A stretch of DNA of 64,000 nucleotides from a virus, in IMG/VR virus record IMGVR_UViG_3300047547_000161, positions 3,128-67,127 of that record; one strand, 5' to 3'. Below are positions 28,067 through 38,083 of the stretch, in pieces; the first letter of the stretch is position 1; every line of letters starts with the position of its first letter. Below the pieces are notes generated by a model. The model was not told the DNA's origin. It saw nothing but the letters and a program-made list of their open reading frames with translations, and did no database searches. Position numbers and translations under genes: made by a program.

Positions 28067-28785
28067 TAAAATCTTGAGACCATTTGTCCGTATTGGCTGG
28101 TTGGTTCCATGTATGGTCTAGTTTTTCTACCATGGATAAACTCATCTATAGATGAGCCAACGTCAACGTAAGTGTTATAAGGATTGAATTCGTAAAGTTT
28201 GTGGATGATTATTTCCGAAACTGGACCACAAGAAACGAAGAATAATTCATTTTCTTTTGTGCCAACCATTTCTTTCATACCTTCAATGAACAAGTCACCA
28301 GATATAGCCCAAAAACTTATGCAGTTGTCTGGGAATAAAATCAAATTTTGAACCTTGAATGGGAAATTTTCCTTTTTAGCTCTATAGTTACATATCAAAT
28401 TAACTGGTCTATCTAACGATTTATAATTTTCAAGACTTCTTTGATAGTTGCTATTAATCCAAAGGTTTACAAAGGTTAAATTTTCTTCGCTGGTCTTTAA
28501 AGCATTTTTCAAATAATTGTAATCGCTTAAATTATCAGTGGGTGCTGATATAGCATAATAGTAATTAGGTTCAGTGTGGTTAATTGTCTCTAACAAATCA
28601 GTACCCACTTTTGTCATACCTAACGGAGCTGTCCATTTATCAACTAGCGCCGCTTGTGTTAAGTGATTGACAGCGTTACCGTTCATTAACATAACTTCAC
28701 CATCAGCATATCTAGCAAAAGCGAAGTTTTCGCCTTTATTAATCATTGACCAGAATTTATCAAAATCAGTATTAAATCTTTCCAT
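28066..28785 (-). CDS. Putative GT-D-fold (DUF1792-like) glycosyltransferase
   Basis: FAFARYADGE, SCGP and VDVGS resemble the R(F/Y)GDGE, LGP and DIG motifs of GT-D. Confidence 0.55.
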   Translation of the reverse strand: MERFNTDFDKFWSMINKGENFAFARYADGEVMLMNGNAVNHLTQAALVDKWTAPLGMTKVGTDLLETINHTEPNYYYAISAPTDNLSDYNYLKNALKTSEENLTFVNLWINSNYQRSLENYKSLDRPVNLICNYRAKKENFPFKVQNLILFPDNCISFWAISGDLFIEGMKEMVGTKENELFFVSCGPVSEIIIHKLYEFNPYNTYVDVGSSIDEFIHGRKTRPYMEPTSQYGQMVSRF

Positions 28786-29503
28786 GTCTTACAAGTTTAA
28801 AACCATCGTTAATCAATTGCTTATGATACCAATCCATGTAACGTATGTTATCTTCATTCAATGACAGCCCGTTTTTTTCGGTACCCATTTCCCAACCTTT
28901 TATACTACCCCAAAGTCTTTTATTATCTTCAGGGTGTGGGGGGACAAAAGTGTTTAACCCCAAATATTTTTGAAGCATGTATGAAAAGTGCATATCTTCA
29001 CCAACGGTTGTTAACCCTATTGGTGGGAGTTCTCTCCAATAAGCAGATAACCACTCTCGTTTGAAGAACCATGCGTGTCCAACAATATCTACTTCGATAG
29101 TTTCTGGGTTATTGATGTCAGCCCAACCAAAACGTTTGTTTGGTCTGTATTGATTTGGTGTGTCATAGATTAAACCAACAGTTCCCAATAATCCCTCATG
29201 TGTTTTCATTGTTTCTAGACAATTTTCAAACCACATATCCCCAGGTATTGTATCATCATCAAAAATGCATATGTATTCAGTTTTAGCATTGAGAGCGTAG
29301 GCAAATCTAGCCCAAACACCTAAATTTTTATTGCAAGATGCGGTAGTTAATGAAGCAATAAGCTCTGGGTCAAAACCTTCAGTGTGGTTTTGCCAGAGCA
29401 TAATTTCAGTTGGCGGTATTGTTTGATTTCTTATTGCGTCAACTTGTTCTTTTAAAAATTGTGGTCGTTTATAACCATTTAGTATGGCTGTTATTTGACT
29501 CAT
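28772..29503 (-). CDS. Glycosyltransferase family 2
   Basis: LNGYKRP, NLGVWARF, ICIFDDDTIPG, GEDMHFS. Confidence 0.85.
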   Translation of the reverse strand: MSQITAILNGYKRPQFLKEQVDAIRNQTIPPTEIMLWQNHTEGFDPELIASLTTASCNKNLGVWARFAYALNAKTEYICIFDDDTIPGDMWFENCLETMKTHEGLLGTVGLIYDTPNQYRPNKRFGWADINNPETIEVDIVGHAWFFKREWLSAYWRELPPIGLTTVGEDMHFSYMLQKYLGLNTFVPPHPEDNKRLWGSIKGWEMGTEKNGLSLNEDNIRYMDWYHKQLINDGFKLVRHGKI

Positions 29504-30416
29504 TTTTTCTTTCTTTATTTTTGTATTTGTTATCTAACTCTTCTTCTCTATATTTTTCAAAAATGCTTTCACCATCAATGGTTTCATCACAATAGAATTT
29601 AATCACGTAATAACCATTAAATTCGGTAACTTTATGTATAACCAAATTTTCGTATTTAAACTTTAAATGGTCTGGCTTACCCAAACAATTTTGTGTTATA
29701 AACTCAACGCTATCAATGTTGATAATGTTTGATGATATTGGGTTTACGATTAATTTTTGAACCTCTTTGATGAACATATATGTTTTTCTATCTTCTTCAA
29801 CGGGGTATTTGCTTACATAAAACTCCAACAATTTTTTATCTGTATCGGTTGATTTTACGTGAAGCATTTTTGTGTAGTTTTCAATATTAAATTTTGGATA
29901 TGAATTCCTATGTACAGTAATTCGTTTATCAGGTTTAACAAACGAATGATAATTATTACCATCAATAACTCCATGTGAAGCAACTACTGTCTTCTCATTA
30001 TCAATAACCCTAATATCAATGGTTGGTGTAGCGGTTGAATTTAAACCATAAATGGCCATGGCTTCTGTTGTGCTCAAATATTCTGTTGTGTTATCAACAA
30101 CGATTTCTAAAACAGCGTTTTCATCAGTTAAATCCGTCTTATGTTTTTTAAGAGCATTCACATCTAATACAAGATTTTCAGTTGCAGCCATAACCTTATA
30201 AGTTCTCCATCTTAAATCTTGAACTTCTTGTGTTACTCTACCGTTGATTAAATCATCCATTACATCCCCTTGGTTGTGTCTTTGGACTTCACCAACATTA
30301 TCTGATAACATTTGGCCATTCTGACCAAATGCATTCTTTTCAACATTTGACATTGAAAGGGACAACATAGCCGCTTTTCTTTTAAACCAATTTGTTATTC
30401 TACTCATAATCCACAT
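29469..30416 (-). CDS. Hypothetical protein
   Basis: 315 aa ORF overlapping both neighbours; no motif recognised. Confidence 0.7.
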   Translation of the reverse strand: MWIMSRITNWFKRKAAMLSLSMSNVEKNAFGQNGQMLSDNVGEVQRHNQGDVMDDLINGRVTQEVQDLRWRTYKVMAATENLVLDVNALKKHKTDLTDENAVLEIVVDNTTEYLSTTEAMAIYGLNSTATPTIDIRVIDNEKTVVASHGVIDGNNYHSFVKPDKRITVHRNSYPKFNIENYTKMLHVKSTDTDKKLLEFYVSKYPVEEDRKTYMFIKEVQKLIVNPISSNIINIDSVEFITQNCLGKPDHLKFKYENLVIHKVTEFNGYYVIKFYCDETIDGESIFEKYREEELDNKYKNKERKNESNNSHTKWL

Positions 30417-31228
30417 ATTTGTTTTATCTTATTTAAGTTATCTTCGCTTTGCATTCTAAGGAAGTCTATTAAGTCTTGTCCAGACAAATCAAACCAGCCC
30501 TCTAAAGAAGCCCCATAGTTTTTTGTTGTTATAACATCAATACCCATGCATTTAGCCTCAACAACCAATCTACAAAAAGTTTCTCTTGCGATTGGAAAAA
30601 ATACAAGGTGTGAACATTGTGCCAATAAGCTCAAGAAATCTTCTCTCTTTTCTTGGTTTGGTATCAACTCATATTGTAAGTTGTTTTCAGAACAGTATCT
30701 GATTGCACCTTCAGTATTTTTAATCCAGTTGTTTGTAGCATAAATACCGTATTTACCATTTTTTGTCTCGTGGGTTTTTAACATATTTTCCAGTAAATTC
30801 AAATCATCATCTGCCCATATTGATGAATGCAGACTGATAAAATTACCTTTAACGTCATTGTTTTTATAAACCCTTAAATGGTCGTTGGTTTGTACAAAAA
30901 TAGCTTTAGCTTTTTCATATAAATCATAGTTGATTCTCTCATTTTTTGGAACGATTGAATCTGGCCATCTCCACGGATGCCTAGAAGCACAAATTTTATA
31001 ATCATGCTCCATTATAACGTAGTTCAACGATGGTATCTGTCTAACAACAGATGGGTGCATCAAAGAAATGTTAGATATGATGTAAAAAGCGTCTTTATCA
31101 AATTCAACAATTTGGTTTGAATACCAAAACTCACAACCAAACTTATCAATTAAAACTTGATTAACCCATTCTGAACCACCATGCGGTACTTCTTTTATCG
31201 TAAAATCAGAAACAATTATTGTTCTCAT
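30404..31228 (-). CDS. Glycosyltransferase, GT-B-like
   Basis: GGSE, EHDYK, WIKN, ETFCRLVVEAKCMG (E-x7-E). Confidence 0.75.
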   Translation of the reverse strand: MRTIIVSDFTIKEVPHGGSEWVNQVLIDKFGCEFWYSNQIVEFDKDAFYIISNISLMHPSVVRQIPSLNYVIMEHDYKICASRHPWRWPDSIVPKNERINYDLYEKAKAIFVQTNDHLRVYKNNDVKGNFISLHSSIWADDDLNLLENMLKTHETKNGKYGIYATNNWIKNTEGAIRYCSENNLQYELIPNQEKREDFLSLLAQCSHLVFFPIARETFCRLVVEAKCMGIDVITTKNYGASLEGWFDLSGQDLIDFLRMQSEDNLNKIKQICGL

Positions 31229-31962
31229 ATAACTTCTATTTGCTCACTTAAGAGTTTATTCATATAATCGTATGGTACGTTAAAGTAGTGCTCACCAAAT
31301 TTATTGGCTTTGTTAAACTCACTTAATCTTTCGGCCCTAGCTTTGTATATGTTCTCAACATACTCCACCCCTAAAAATTTATAATGTAGAAGTTTTAATT
31401 CAGCACTGTTAGAGTAGACAGCACCGTTTGCGTTAAACGAGTGACCACCAATGCCGTACTGGACATCTAATTTTGGGTTGAAAACAATATTTTTACAAAA
31501 TGGTGGGTAAACCTCAGAACCAACCTTTATCTTGTCGGTTATAGGTTTTCCGTCATATTCTGGGAAACTTTCGCTTACCATATCATGTCCATTTATTTTA
31601 GGTACCGTTATACCATTATCCTTATAATACTGAAGTTTTTCCAAAAGTCTAGGGTGATATAAAAATTCATCACAATCACACACAATTACCCAATCAGCAC
31701 CTCTACTTTCTTGTTTATATCCGTTAGATTTGATGTTGATGTAATTCATTTCATTTATCTCGTCATTGCTGGACCATTTTATAACTTTTACCTTAGGGTA
31801 TTTAGCGTATATCTCGTCCGAACTATCAGTAGACATGTTATCATATATGAATATCTTTTCGCAGATATTTGAATAATAATCTAGCGTAAATGGTAGTATT
31901 TTTTCTTCATTAAACGCTAATATGTGTGCATGTATTATCATATCTCTAAAACTCTTTTCCAC
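31225..31962 (-). CDS. Glycosyltransferase family 2-like
   Basis: AFNEEKILP, YDNMSTDSS, DWVIVCDCDEF, LLHYK; the true start may be the ATG at 31941. Confidence 0.85.
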   Translation of the reverse strand: MEKSFRDMIIHAHILAFNEEKILPFTLDYYSNICEKIFIYDNMSTDSSDEIYAKYPKVKVIKWSSNDEINEMNYINIKSNGYKQESRGADWVIVCDCDEFLYHPRLLEKLQYYKDNGITVPKINGHDMVSESFPEYDGKPITDKIKVGSEVYPPFCKNIVFNPKLDVQYGIGGHSFNANGAVYSNSAELKLLHYKFLGVEYVENIYKARAERLSEFNKANKFGEHYFNVPYDYMNKLLSEQIEVI

Positions 31963-32723
31963 TCTTGAAAAATCTCATCATTGGTTAATGGTGAGACAAT
32001 GTTATTTGTTTCTTCATTTCCGAAGAATTCAGTGTTGGTTAACCAACATTCATCTTTGACCAAACAAGCTACTTCACCTTTAGAAGAGTGGTAAACCCTA
32101 CCTATTGAATCATACATAACTTGTTTGTTGGTTGAAAATCCGACTATCTCAATATCGCTATTAAGAAGTGGGCTAACGTACTTATCAAAGTAATTCTGGT
32201 CATTTATATGGCCAAATATTTTTATTTTGGTACATCCATCAGCCAAAGCTCTTTGAATTGAAATATGGGTCTGTTTTCGGTCTTCTATAGCACCAATAAT
32301 ACCTGCTACCATTTCAAGCCCTTCTTTAGAATTAGGTTTAAGGTCTGGCTTTAGATTAGGTATGATTTCAAATGGACCTTGATACCTTCCATGGTATTCT
32401 CTATGAGCATCGTGTAAGAAAACAACAGTATCCCAATACTGTTTAACATCGGCAACTTCAAACCACCATTTTTCGTGACAATGAAGTATAACTTTTTTGG
32501 CGTTTGGTCTGCTTGGTAGTTTTAGAAAATGACATATCAAAATATCGTCTTTATTGATGATAAGACTGTCATTTAATAAACCAGATTGGCACTTATCTAA
32601 GTGCCAATTGTGGGGACCATAAAAAGTAGTGTCAACTCCACGTTTATTGAATTCATTTGTTAAATCAATAAATGCAGATGTTGACCCACCCTTTTCTGAC
32701 CACCCAGAAATTATTTTTATCAT
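31938..32723 (-). CDS. Glycosyltransferase, GT-B-like
   Basis: GGST, IIPN, IIGAIEDRK, HSSKGEVACLVKDEC (E-x7-E). Confidence 0.7.
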   Translation of the reverse strand: MIKIISGWSEKGGSTSAFIDLTNEFNKRGVDTTFYGPHNWHLDKCQSGLLNDSLIINKDDILICHFLKLPSRPNAKKVILHCHEKWWFEVADVKQYWDTVVFLHDAHREYHGRYQGPFEIIPNLKPDLKPNSKEGLEMVAGIIGAIEDRKQTHISIQRALADGCTKIKIFGHINDQNYFDKYVSPLLNSDIEIVGFSTNKQVMYDSIGRVYHSSKGEVACLVKDECWLTNTEFFGNEETNNIVSPLTNDEIFQEWKRVLEI

Positions 32724-33910
32724 TAAATTACGTCCACATAATTGCTTACGATGGTGTTGATATCCATTGATTTGATTTCAGACAAATCTGTTGACATCTC
32801 TATCGTTTTCTTAACCATTGGGTTTGTTTCCGTAGACACAAACAATCCGTTATTAAATCTAGAATTTACAATATTGAAGCCACCGTATAATTTGTTCATG
32901 TGTTCGATAATGTCATCATCAAACGCATGGATAATATCGAATTTAACGTCTTTAACCTTGTATAAGGTTTTAGGCGCTGATGGTTTAGGACCTTCTGGTG
33001 TTGGTATTTGCCATCTTCCGTCACCTAATGCAAAACCTGGTGGTTGTTGTATTGGTGCTAAATTAATTCCGCTTTGTTTAGCCAACATAGGCAGTTTTCC
33101 GCTCATGTTAGAACAAATCGTAACGTTATGTTTTAAAGCTTTCAAACGTTTAGCAATGTCGAAAACTATTTTGGCCTTGTTAGAGCTATCATCAAAAGCT
33201 AAGCTTGTCAACATGATATTAAGGCTTTCACCTTTTCTAAGTACTTTTTTTACATTAGCTGGTAAAAACGGTTTGTAATCATGAGCAAATTTTTCTCTGT
33301 TTTCTTCCCATTGTTCGTTAACTTGACCGATAGATTGGTGATTGATTCTTATGACGGTTGTTACACCGTTTTTAACACCACCCAAGAAGTTTTCAAAGCA
33401 AAAAGTTACATCATAGAAGTGATACCCAACAACGTTTTCGTTAAACTTTTGAACAATTTTTGTTTTGTCAACAGCAAAGAAAACACCATCGACAATAACT
33501 GTTTCTTCTATGTCTTGGTTTTGGTCTTTTGAATATTCAGATAACCAAGTTTTTCCTTCATGTGTATGAGCTACACGACCATACATTTTGGTTCTGTCTT
33601 CCCACCATTTACCAGTTGTTGGTAGAGATTTCGTACCAGCAACACCTAGAATACCATATTCTGGGTTTCTCTTAAAAAGCTTTAAAAGTTTGTTACCCCA
33701 TTGTTTTGTTTCAATGGTAATATCATCGTGACAAAACACAACAATATCGTTTTTGGCTTGTGATAAACCTCGGTTATATGATACGGTCAACGATTCTCCG
33801 TTATTGATAATTTCAATAACTTCTAATTTATTATGAAGACCTGAAGACTTTATCAAGTGTTCTGTATGTTCTGGCTTTGGTGCCCTAGTGCAGTATACTA
33901 CTGAAATCAT
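32723..33910 (-). CDS. Glycosyltransferase family 2-like with extra C-terminal domain
   Basis: SYNRGL, VFCHDD, GILGVAG, VDGVFFA, HFYD, HQSIG. Confidence 0.85.
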   Translation of the reverse strand: MISVVYCTRAPKPEHTEHLIKSSGLHNKLEVIEIINNGESLTVSYNRGLSQAKNDIVVFCHDDITIETKQWGNKLLKLFKRNPEYGILGVAGTKSLPTTGKWWEDRTKMYGRVAHTHEGKTWLSEYSKDQNQDIEETVIVDGVFFAVDKTKIVQKFNENVVGYHFYDVTFCFENFLGGVKNGVTTVIRINHQSIGQVNEQWEENREKFAHDYKPFLPANVKKVLRKGESLNIMLTSLAFDDSSNKAKIVFDIAKRLKALKHNVTICSNMSGKLPMLAKQSGINLAPIQQPPGFALGDGRWQIPTPEGPKPSAPKTLYKVKDVKFDIIHAFDDDIIEHMNKLYGGFNIVNSRFNNGLFVSTETNPMVKKTIEMSTDLSEIKSMDINTIVSNYVDVI

Positions 33911-34899
33911 TTTTTAAATCTGTTATATGCGTTATCTGTTATTTGTATTGTGTTTGCTTTACCTATAAAATCATTGAGTGTCTTGGCGTTGCAATAACTC
34001 ATAGCTGACCTTAAATAATCCTCAAAATTTTCAACCCATCCGCTAAGCGTATATTCAACTTTGCGTTTTCTAACAACACCCTCAGATGTTTTAACGGTTT
34101 CTCTACCCCACTTCATTTGTACTTCTTTGGTTGACATACCTCTGAACTTCTTATAAATTGGTAAGCCCCAATCGTAAAAAATTTCAGCATCTGTTTGATT
34201 GATTTTGATACCATAAAGGTAGTTATCACCACACGATTCAATAGCTTTATTAAAAAGACTACCAACCATAACGAAATCGGCACCTAACGCTAAAGCTTTT
34301 ATGATGTCACTATAATCCTTCATGCCGCCATCAGCAACGATTTTAGCTGGTTTTTGTAACGTGCAAGAAATGTCGTAACATTCTTTAATCAAAGAAGCCA
34401 TAGGGAAGCCGACACCAGTATGTACCGTTGTACTACAAGCGTTTCCGTTTCCAATACCAACCCTTACCATATCGGCACCAGCTTCAGATAACATTGCATA
34501 TGTTTCTGGGTTGGCTACGTTACCAACCATAAGCGTCATTTTCGGATAGGCTTCTTTAACAACCCTAGTTGTTTCAATCAAATTCTCCATATGCCCATTT
34601 GCAATATCTATCAAATACTTTCCTCTAGGTTTTAAATCACTGGACAAATATTTTGAGAAAAATTCGCTCAATGAATATGATGTAAACCCATCAATAGTGT
34701 GTTCACCCCTTGGTAAGCAAGTATTGATACGTAAATTGGTGAAGATTTTTTCGTTATCACTAGAAATTACAGTATCCATAGGTGCTGTTATAATTGGTAA
34801 TCTACCGTCAACATATGGGTTTATTTGACCCCTAGATTCAATTGTTGACACAGCAGCTGGCATCAACAGAATATCGTTAAAATCTAACTTTACGCTCAT
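33907..34899 (-). CDS. guaC: GMP reductase / IMP dehydrogenase family protein
   Basis: FNDILLMP, APMDTV, IDIANGH, VGNVA, RVGIGNGNACST (catalytic Cys), ADGG, FRGMS, SEG, LRSAMSY; no CBS domains. GuaC versus GuaB is not resolved. Confidence 0.8.
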   Translation of the reverse strand: MSVKLDFNDILLMPAAVSTIESRGQINPYVDGRLPIITAPMDTVISSDNEKIFTNLRINTCLPRGEHTIDGFTSYSLSEFFSKYLSSDLKPRGKYLIDIANGHMENLIETTRVVKEAYPKMTLMVGNVANPETYAMLSEAGADMVRVGIGNGNACSTTVHTGVGFPMASLIKECYDISCTLQKPAKIVADGGMKDYSDIIKALALGADFVMVGSLFNKAIESCGDNYLYGIKINQTDAEIFYDWGLPIYKKFRGMSTKEVQMKWGRETVKTSEGVVRKRKVEYTLSGWVENFEDYLRSAMSYCNAKTLNDFIGKANTIQITDNAYNRFKK

Positions 34900-34904
34900 G
34901 TTTT

Positions 34905-35480
34905 TTAGTTACTTCCAGTTGAACCAAAACCACCTTCACCTCTTTGAGTTTCGTCTAAAGACTCAACCTTTTCAAACTTCATAACGTGACCAGACATTAC
35001 AGGTGCAACAACACCTTGAGCAATTCTGTCTCCGTGATTTATTTTGAACGATTCGTTACCCAAATTAATAAGGATAACTTTAACCTCACCGCGATAATCT
35101 GAATCAACAGTACCTGGTGTGTTTAGTACAGTGATACCGTTTTTAGCAGCAAGACCGCTTCTTGGTCTTACTTGTAATTCAAGTGTTTCTGGGATAGCAA
35201 AGTATAAACCAGTAGGTACTACAGCACGTTCGCCAGCCATGAGAATTATTGGTTCATCAATATTAGCCCTAATGTCAAAACCAGACGAGCCACTTGTCGC
35301 AAAACTAGGGTCTTCGTTGTTTGATTTATTAATTAGTTTTATAGAAACTCTTGGGTCGGTTATTTGACCAGTTAAGTGTTCGAATTCTTTGTTAAAGTCA
35401 TCTACACTATATGAGTTATTAGGGTCGTTAGCTTCGTCATATTTTTGACGAATGTATTCTAATTCTTCAGTTGAAAACAT
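34905..35480 (-). CDS. dut: dUTPase (trimeric)
   Basis: [37 protein letters not shown]. Confidence 0.97.
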   Translation of the reverse strand: MFSTEELEYIRQKYDEANDPNNSYSVDDFNKEFEHLTGQITDPRVSIKLINKSNNEDPSFATSGSSGFDIRANIDEPIILMAGERAVVPTGLYFAIPETLELQVRPRSGLAAKNGITVLNTPGTVDSDYRGEVKVILINLGNESFKINHGDRIAQGVVAPVMSGHVMKFEKVESLDETQRGEGGFGSTGSN

Positions 35481-35481
35481 A

Positions 35482-36045
35482 TTAGTTGTTGTTTTGTTCG
35501 TGTTTGATTGCTAGTGTAATTCCCATTTTCAAAAGCTCACCCAACATTGAATTGTGGTGTTGTGACATTTTATCGTCAGCTTTATCATAGAAAAGGATTG
35601 CCGTATATTCCTCTTCAGTAAATTGAATACCATGGCTCATAGCGTAGTATATGCTGCGTTCAGATACCCTCATAGACACAATATCCTCGTTGAATTCGTA
35701 CATTTTACCTTGGTTTTTGCGGTGCCATTCTGATGTACAAGGTACATACAACTTAGCTTTACCGATACCATGCAAAAGACAAACTTTCAACAAGGATGCT
35801 TGGTCAACTCTTTCTTCTTCAGGAAGTGAATTGTTTATTCTTACAGCATAATTAGCAACACGAAGCAAATGGTCAATAAGACCACCTTCAAATGCGTTGT
35901 TATAGTCAGCCATGCTACTAGCAGGTGCTTTGATGAAGTCATCACCCAAAAAGGTCATAAGTTCATCGTTCATGAAACCATTTTTGGCAGCTGTTTCAAA
36001 AAATTTTTTTGTGTTTGAAACAACCCTCGTTTGTTCTAAGGTCAT
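35482..36045 (-). CDS. HD-domain-like protein with degenerate motif
   Basis: APAS...[13 protein letters not shown]...LLHGIGK (HD changed to HG). Confidence 0.65.
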   Translation of the reverse strand: MTLEQTRVVSNTKKFFETAAKNGFMNDELMTFLGDDFIKAPASSMADYNNAFEGGLIDHLLRVANYAVRINNSLPEEERVDQASLLKVCLLHGIGKAKLYVPCTSEWHRKNQGKMYEFNEDIVSMRVSERSIYYAMSHGIQFTEEEYTAILFYDKADDKMSQHHNSMLGELLKMGITLAIKHEQNNN

Positions 36046-36078
36046 TAAGTATAAATCTAAAAAACTCGTTATTTTTTA

Positions 36079-36109
36079 CAAATATACTACATTTTTTCCA
36101 AACTTACAA
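36079..36109 (-). promoter_or_regulatory. Bacteroidota-type promoter heading the nucleotide/glycan operon
   Basis: Minus strand TTG-N20-TATATTTG; a second TAAGTTTG lies inside the spacer. Confidence 0.7.
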
Positions 36110-36113
36110 GTTT

Positions 36114-36737
36114 TTAATCGTTTAATGATGCATCTACGAAAAAATTTCCGTAATCATCAGTTTTTTTAACAACTGATTGGTCTTCATATACGTACTTTAA
36201 CTCACCATTAACAACTTCAATCCCTTTAACCTTTCTATCTGGTTCATTATTAGGTATTTCTGTATTACCTTCATTAAGTGGGCTGAATCTATTGAACTCG
36301 GTTTTATTACCAGTCTTATTATCCATAAACTCAGTTGTGTCGAACAATCCGTTATGGTAACCATGACCTAACGTTTCTTCTGCGCCACGATGGGCGGTTC
36401 TCATTCTATCAACCAAACCACTTGCTTTCATAGATAAGTCTCTATGCGTGTTTAGTTCTTTAAGTCTTTTGATTTCTTTTCTTAGTTCAAGTATTTCTAC
36501 ATCCTTAAGTCTTGAAACGTTTTTGAGTTGTACTCCGTCATCAACATTTTTCATCAAATTACGAATGTGGTCCAAATCCAAATTATGTTTTTTAGATAGC
36601 TTATCTATTGAACTGGTTGGTTCTGGTTCAATTTCGGTTTCTATTTGTACCGTATTTTTTTGCTCTGACATATCTGAGTCATCATCTAACATTGTAGATA
36701 TGAACTCAAAAACTTTTTTTAATTGTTTGTTATCCAT
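36114..36737 (-). CDS. Hypothetical protein
   Basis: 207 aa, TAATG-coupled to the upstream GT gene. Confidence 0.7.
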   Translation of the reverse strand: MDNKQLKKVFEFISTMLDDDSDMSEQKNTVQIETEIEPEPTSSIDKLSKKHNLDLDHIRNLMKNVDDGVQLKNVSRLKDVEILELRKEIKRLKELNTHRDLSMKASGLVDRMRTAHRGAEETLGHGYHNGLFDTTEFMDNKTGNKTEFNRFSPLNEGNTEIPNNEPDRKVKGIEVVNGELKYVYEDQSVVKKTDDYGNFFVDASLND

Positions 36738-37990
36738 TATACCGTTTCTATTAATACTGGGTTATTTTCTTTTACCAACGAGTGATAAAGTTCTCTTCTG
36801 GTTTTGGTTGTTGTTTCTAGCGAATAAGTATCCTTAACCGTTTCGAACAAGTTGTTTTGTAGAGTTGTGATTAACTCTGGGTTTTGAATTAGTTTTTTGA
36901 TTGCACCATACCAATCTTTATGGTTTTTAACTGAATCAACCAAGATACCGTTAGCGGTGGTATCAAAACCACCACCATATACCAAAGCATTCTTAAGGTC
37001 AATTTTGTAAGGTCCAAAATTTTGTGCTACGATAGCTTTCTTATGGAACCCAGCTTCAATAACTTTCAATTGGCTCTTTACCTTATTGAAAATGTTCTCT
37101 TGTAGTGGAGCTAAAGAAATATCAAATAAGTTATAGTTTGACGCATAAGATGAAATTGGTTTGGTCCAAACTCGTCTGTATGGTTCGTTTTCTACATTAG
37201 GGTATTCTTCGTTAACGAATTTCAACAAAAATTCTTTATACTCAGGGCTAACACTTCTGTAATCATCAGTGAAGATTCTTTCATACTGATACCAAACACT
37301 TTCTTTAGGTTGAATTGGTCTGGTGGTTTGTTCTTTGGTTACTGGGTCAATGATAGTGTGGTTACCTCTGAGGTCAAAACCACAAAGAACAAACTGAACT
37401 TTGTTTAATAATTTATCACCACTAAGCTTGCTTACCACACCTTCTAAAATTTTCAAGTCGTGTAAGTGTGATGAACCACCTAACCAACCAATTCTTAACC
37501 TATCAGATTTTGTTGGTTTTGGTTTAAATTGATATTCTTCTGGGTCAACAGCATTAGGTATAACAAAAACATTTTTGTTTAGCTTCTTAATTTCATCGGC
37601 GAATAACGTTGTTGTCGTTGTAACGTATTGCGCCATCTTTAAATTGTTCGCTATCTTTTTATCCAAATCATTGTTTTTGATAATGTGATAAGCTGGGTGG
37701 TGTTGACCTGGTGCCCAGTAATCATCTATATCCATAATTGATACAATGCCCATATTTCTAAGTTTATCATTCAATAAGCTCATATATTCATAAGAACCTA
37801 GTGTTCTATGATAATGGATAATATCATATTGTTTTAACCATTCATCATTTTGTAATTGTGGTTCGTAATCAATATCAACGTGAAATTCGTCTGGATACAT
37901 GCTCTCTAGCATAAGGTGTGGGTTTGTACTCCTAAAATAGGATACACCTGTTCTGTCACTTGGGACAACTAAAACTTTAAGTTTCTTCAT
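36737..37990 (-). CDS. Glycosyltransferase, GT-B/GT4-like
   Basis: GVSYFRS, MDIDDYW, VIPNA, IGWLGGSSHLHDL, DISLAPL...FNKVKSQLKVIEAG. Start revised to the ATG at 37990 because the TTG at 38011 lies inside the promoter. Confidence 0.85.
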   Translation of the reverse strand: MKKLKVLVVPSDRTGVSYFRSTNPHLMLESMYPDEFHVDIDYEPQLQNDEWLKQYDIIHYHRTLGSYEYMSLLNDKLRNMGIVSIMDIDDYWAPGQHHPAYHIIKNNDLDKKIANNLKMAQYVTTTTTLFADEIKKLNKNVFVIPNAVDPEEYQFKPKPTKSDRLRIGWLGGSSHLHDLKILEGVVSKLSGDKLLNKVQFVLCGFDLRGNHTIIDPVTKEQTTRPIQPKESVWYQYERIFTDDYRSVSPEYKEFLLKFVNEEYPNVENEPYRRVWTKPISSYASNYNLFDISLAPLQENIFNKVKSQLKVIEAGFHKKAIVAQNFGPYKIDLKNALVYGGGFDTTANGILVDSVKNHKDWYGAIKKLIQNPELITTLQNNLFETVKDTYSLETTTKTRRELYHSLVKENNPVLIETV

Positions 37991-38007
37991 AAATTGTAAC
38001 TTTGCGA

Positions 38008-38037
38008 CCAATATATACCATTAAAAATATTAGTCAA
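38008..38037 (-). promoter_or_regulatory. Bacteroidota-type promoter variant
   Basis: Minus strand TTG-N19-TATATTGG. Confidence 0.55.
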
Positions 38038-38039
38038 TG

Positions 38040-38068
38040 AAAAAAGGGGAAAAATCCCCTTTTTTTTT
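38040..38068 (-). terminator. Rho-independent terminator
   Basis: AAAAAAGGGGA-aaaa-TCCCCTTTTTT downstream of the gene ending at 38084. Confidence 0.8.
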
Positions 38069-38083
38069 ATGTTTTTCTTGAAA

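Noticed and set aside
32742-33278. 178 aa plus-strand ORF, and similar antisense ORFs throughout the track
   Set aside because: Fully antisense to well-supported genes, with no promoter or recognisable motif; expected from codon bias.
15395-37990. Host chromosomal LPS/capsule island or chimeric assembly
   Set aside because: The locus is interleaved with typical phage genes (phoH, dut, sigma factor), shares the promoter motifs and composition of the flanks, and has no mobility genes or visible junctions; read mapping would be needed to exclude misassembly fully.
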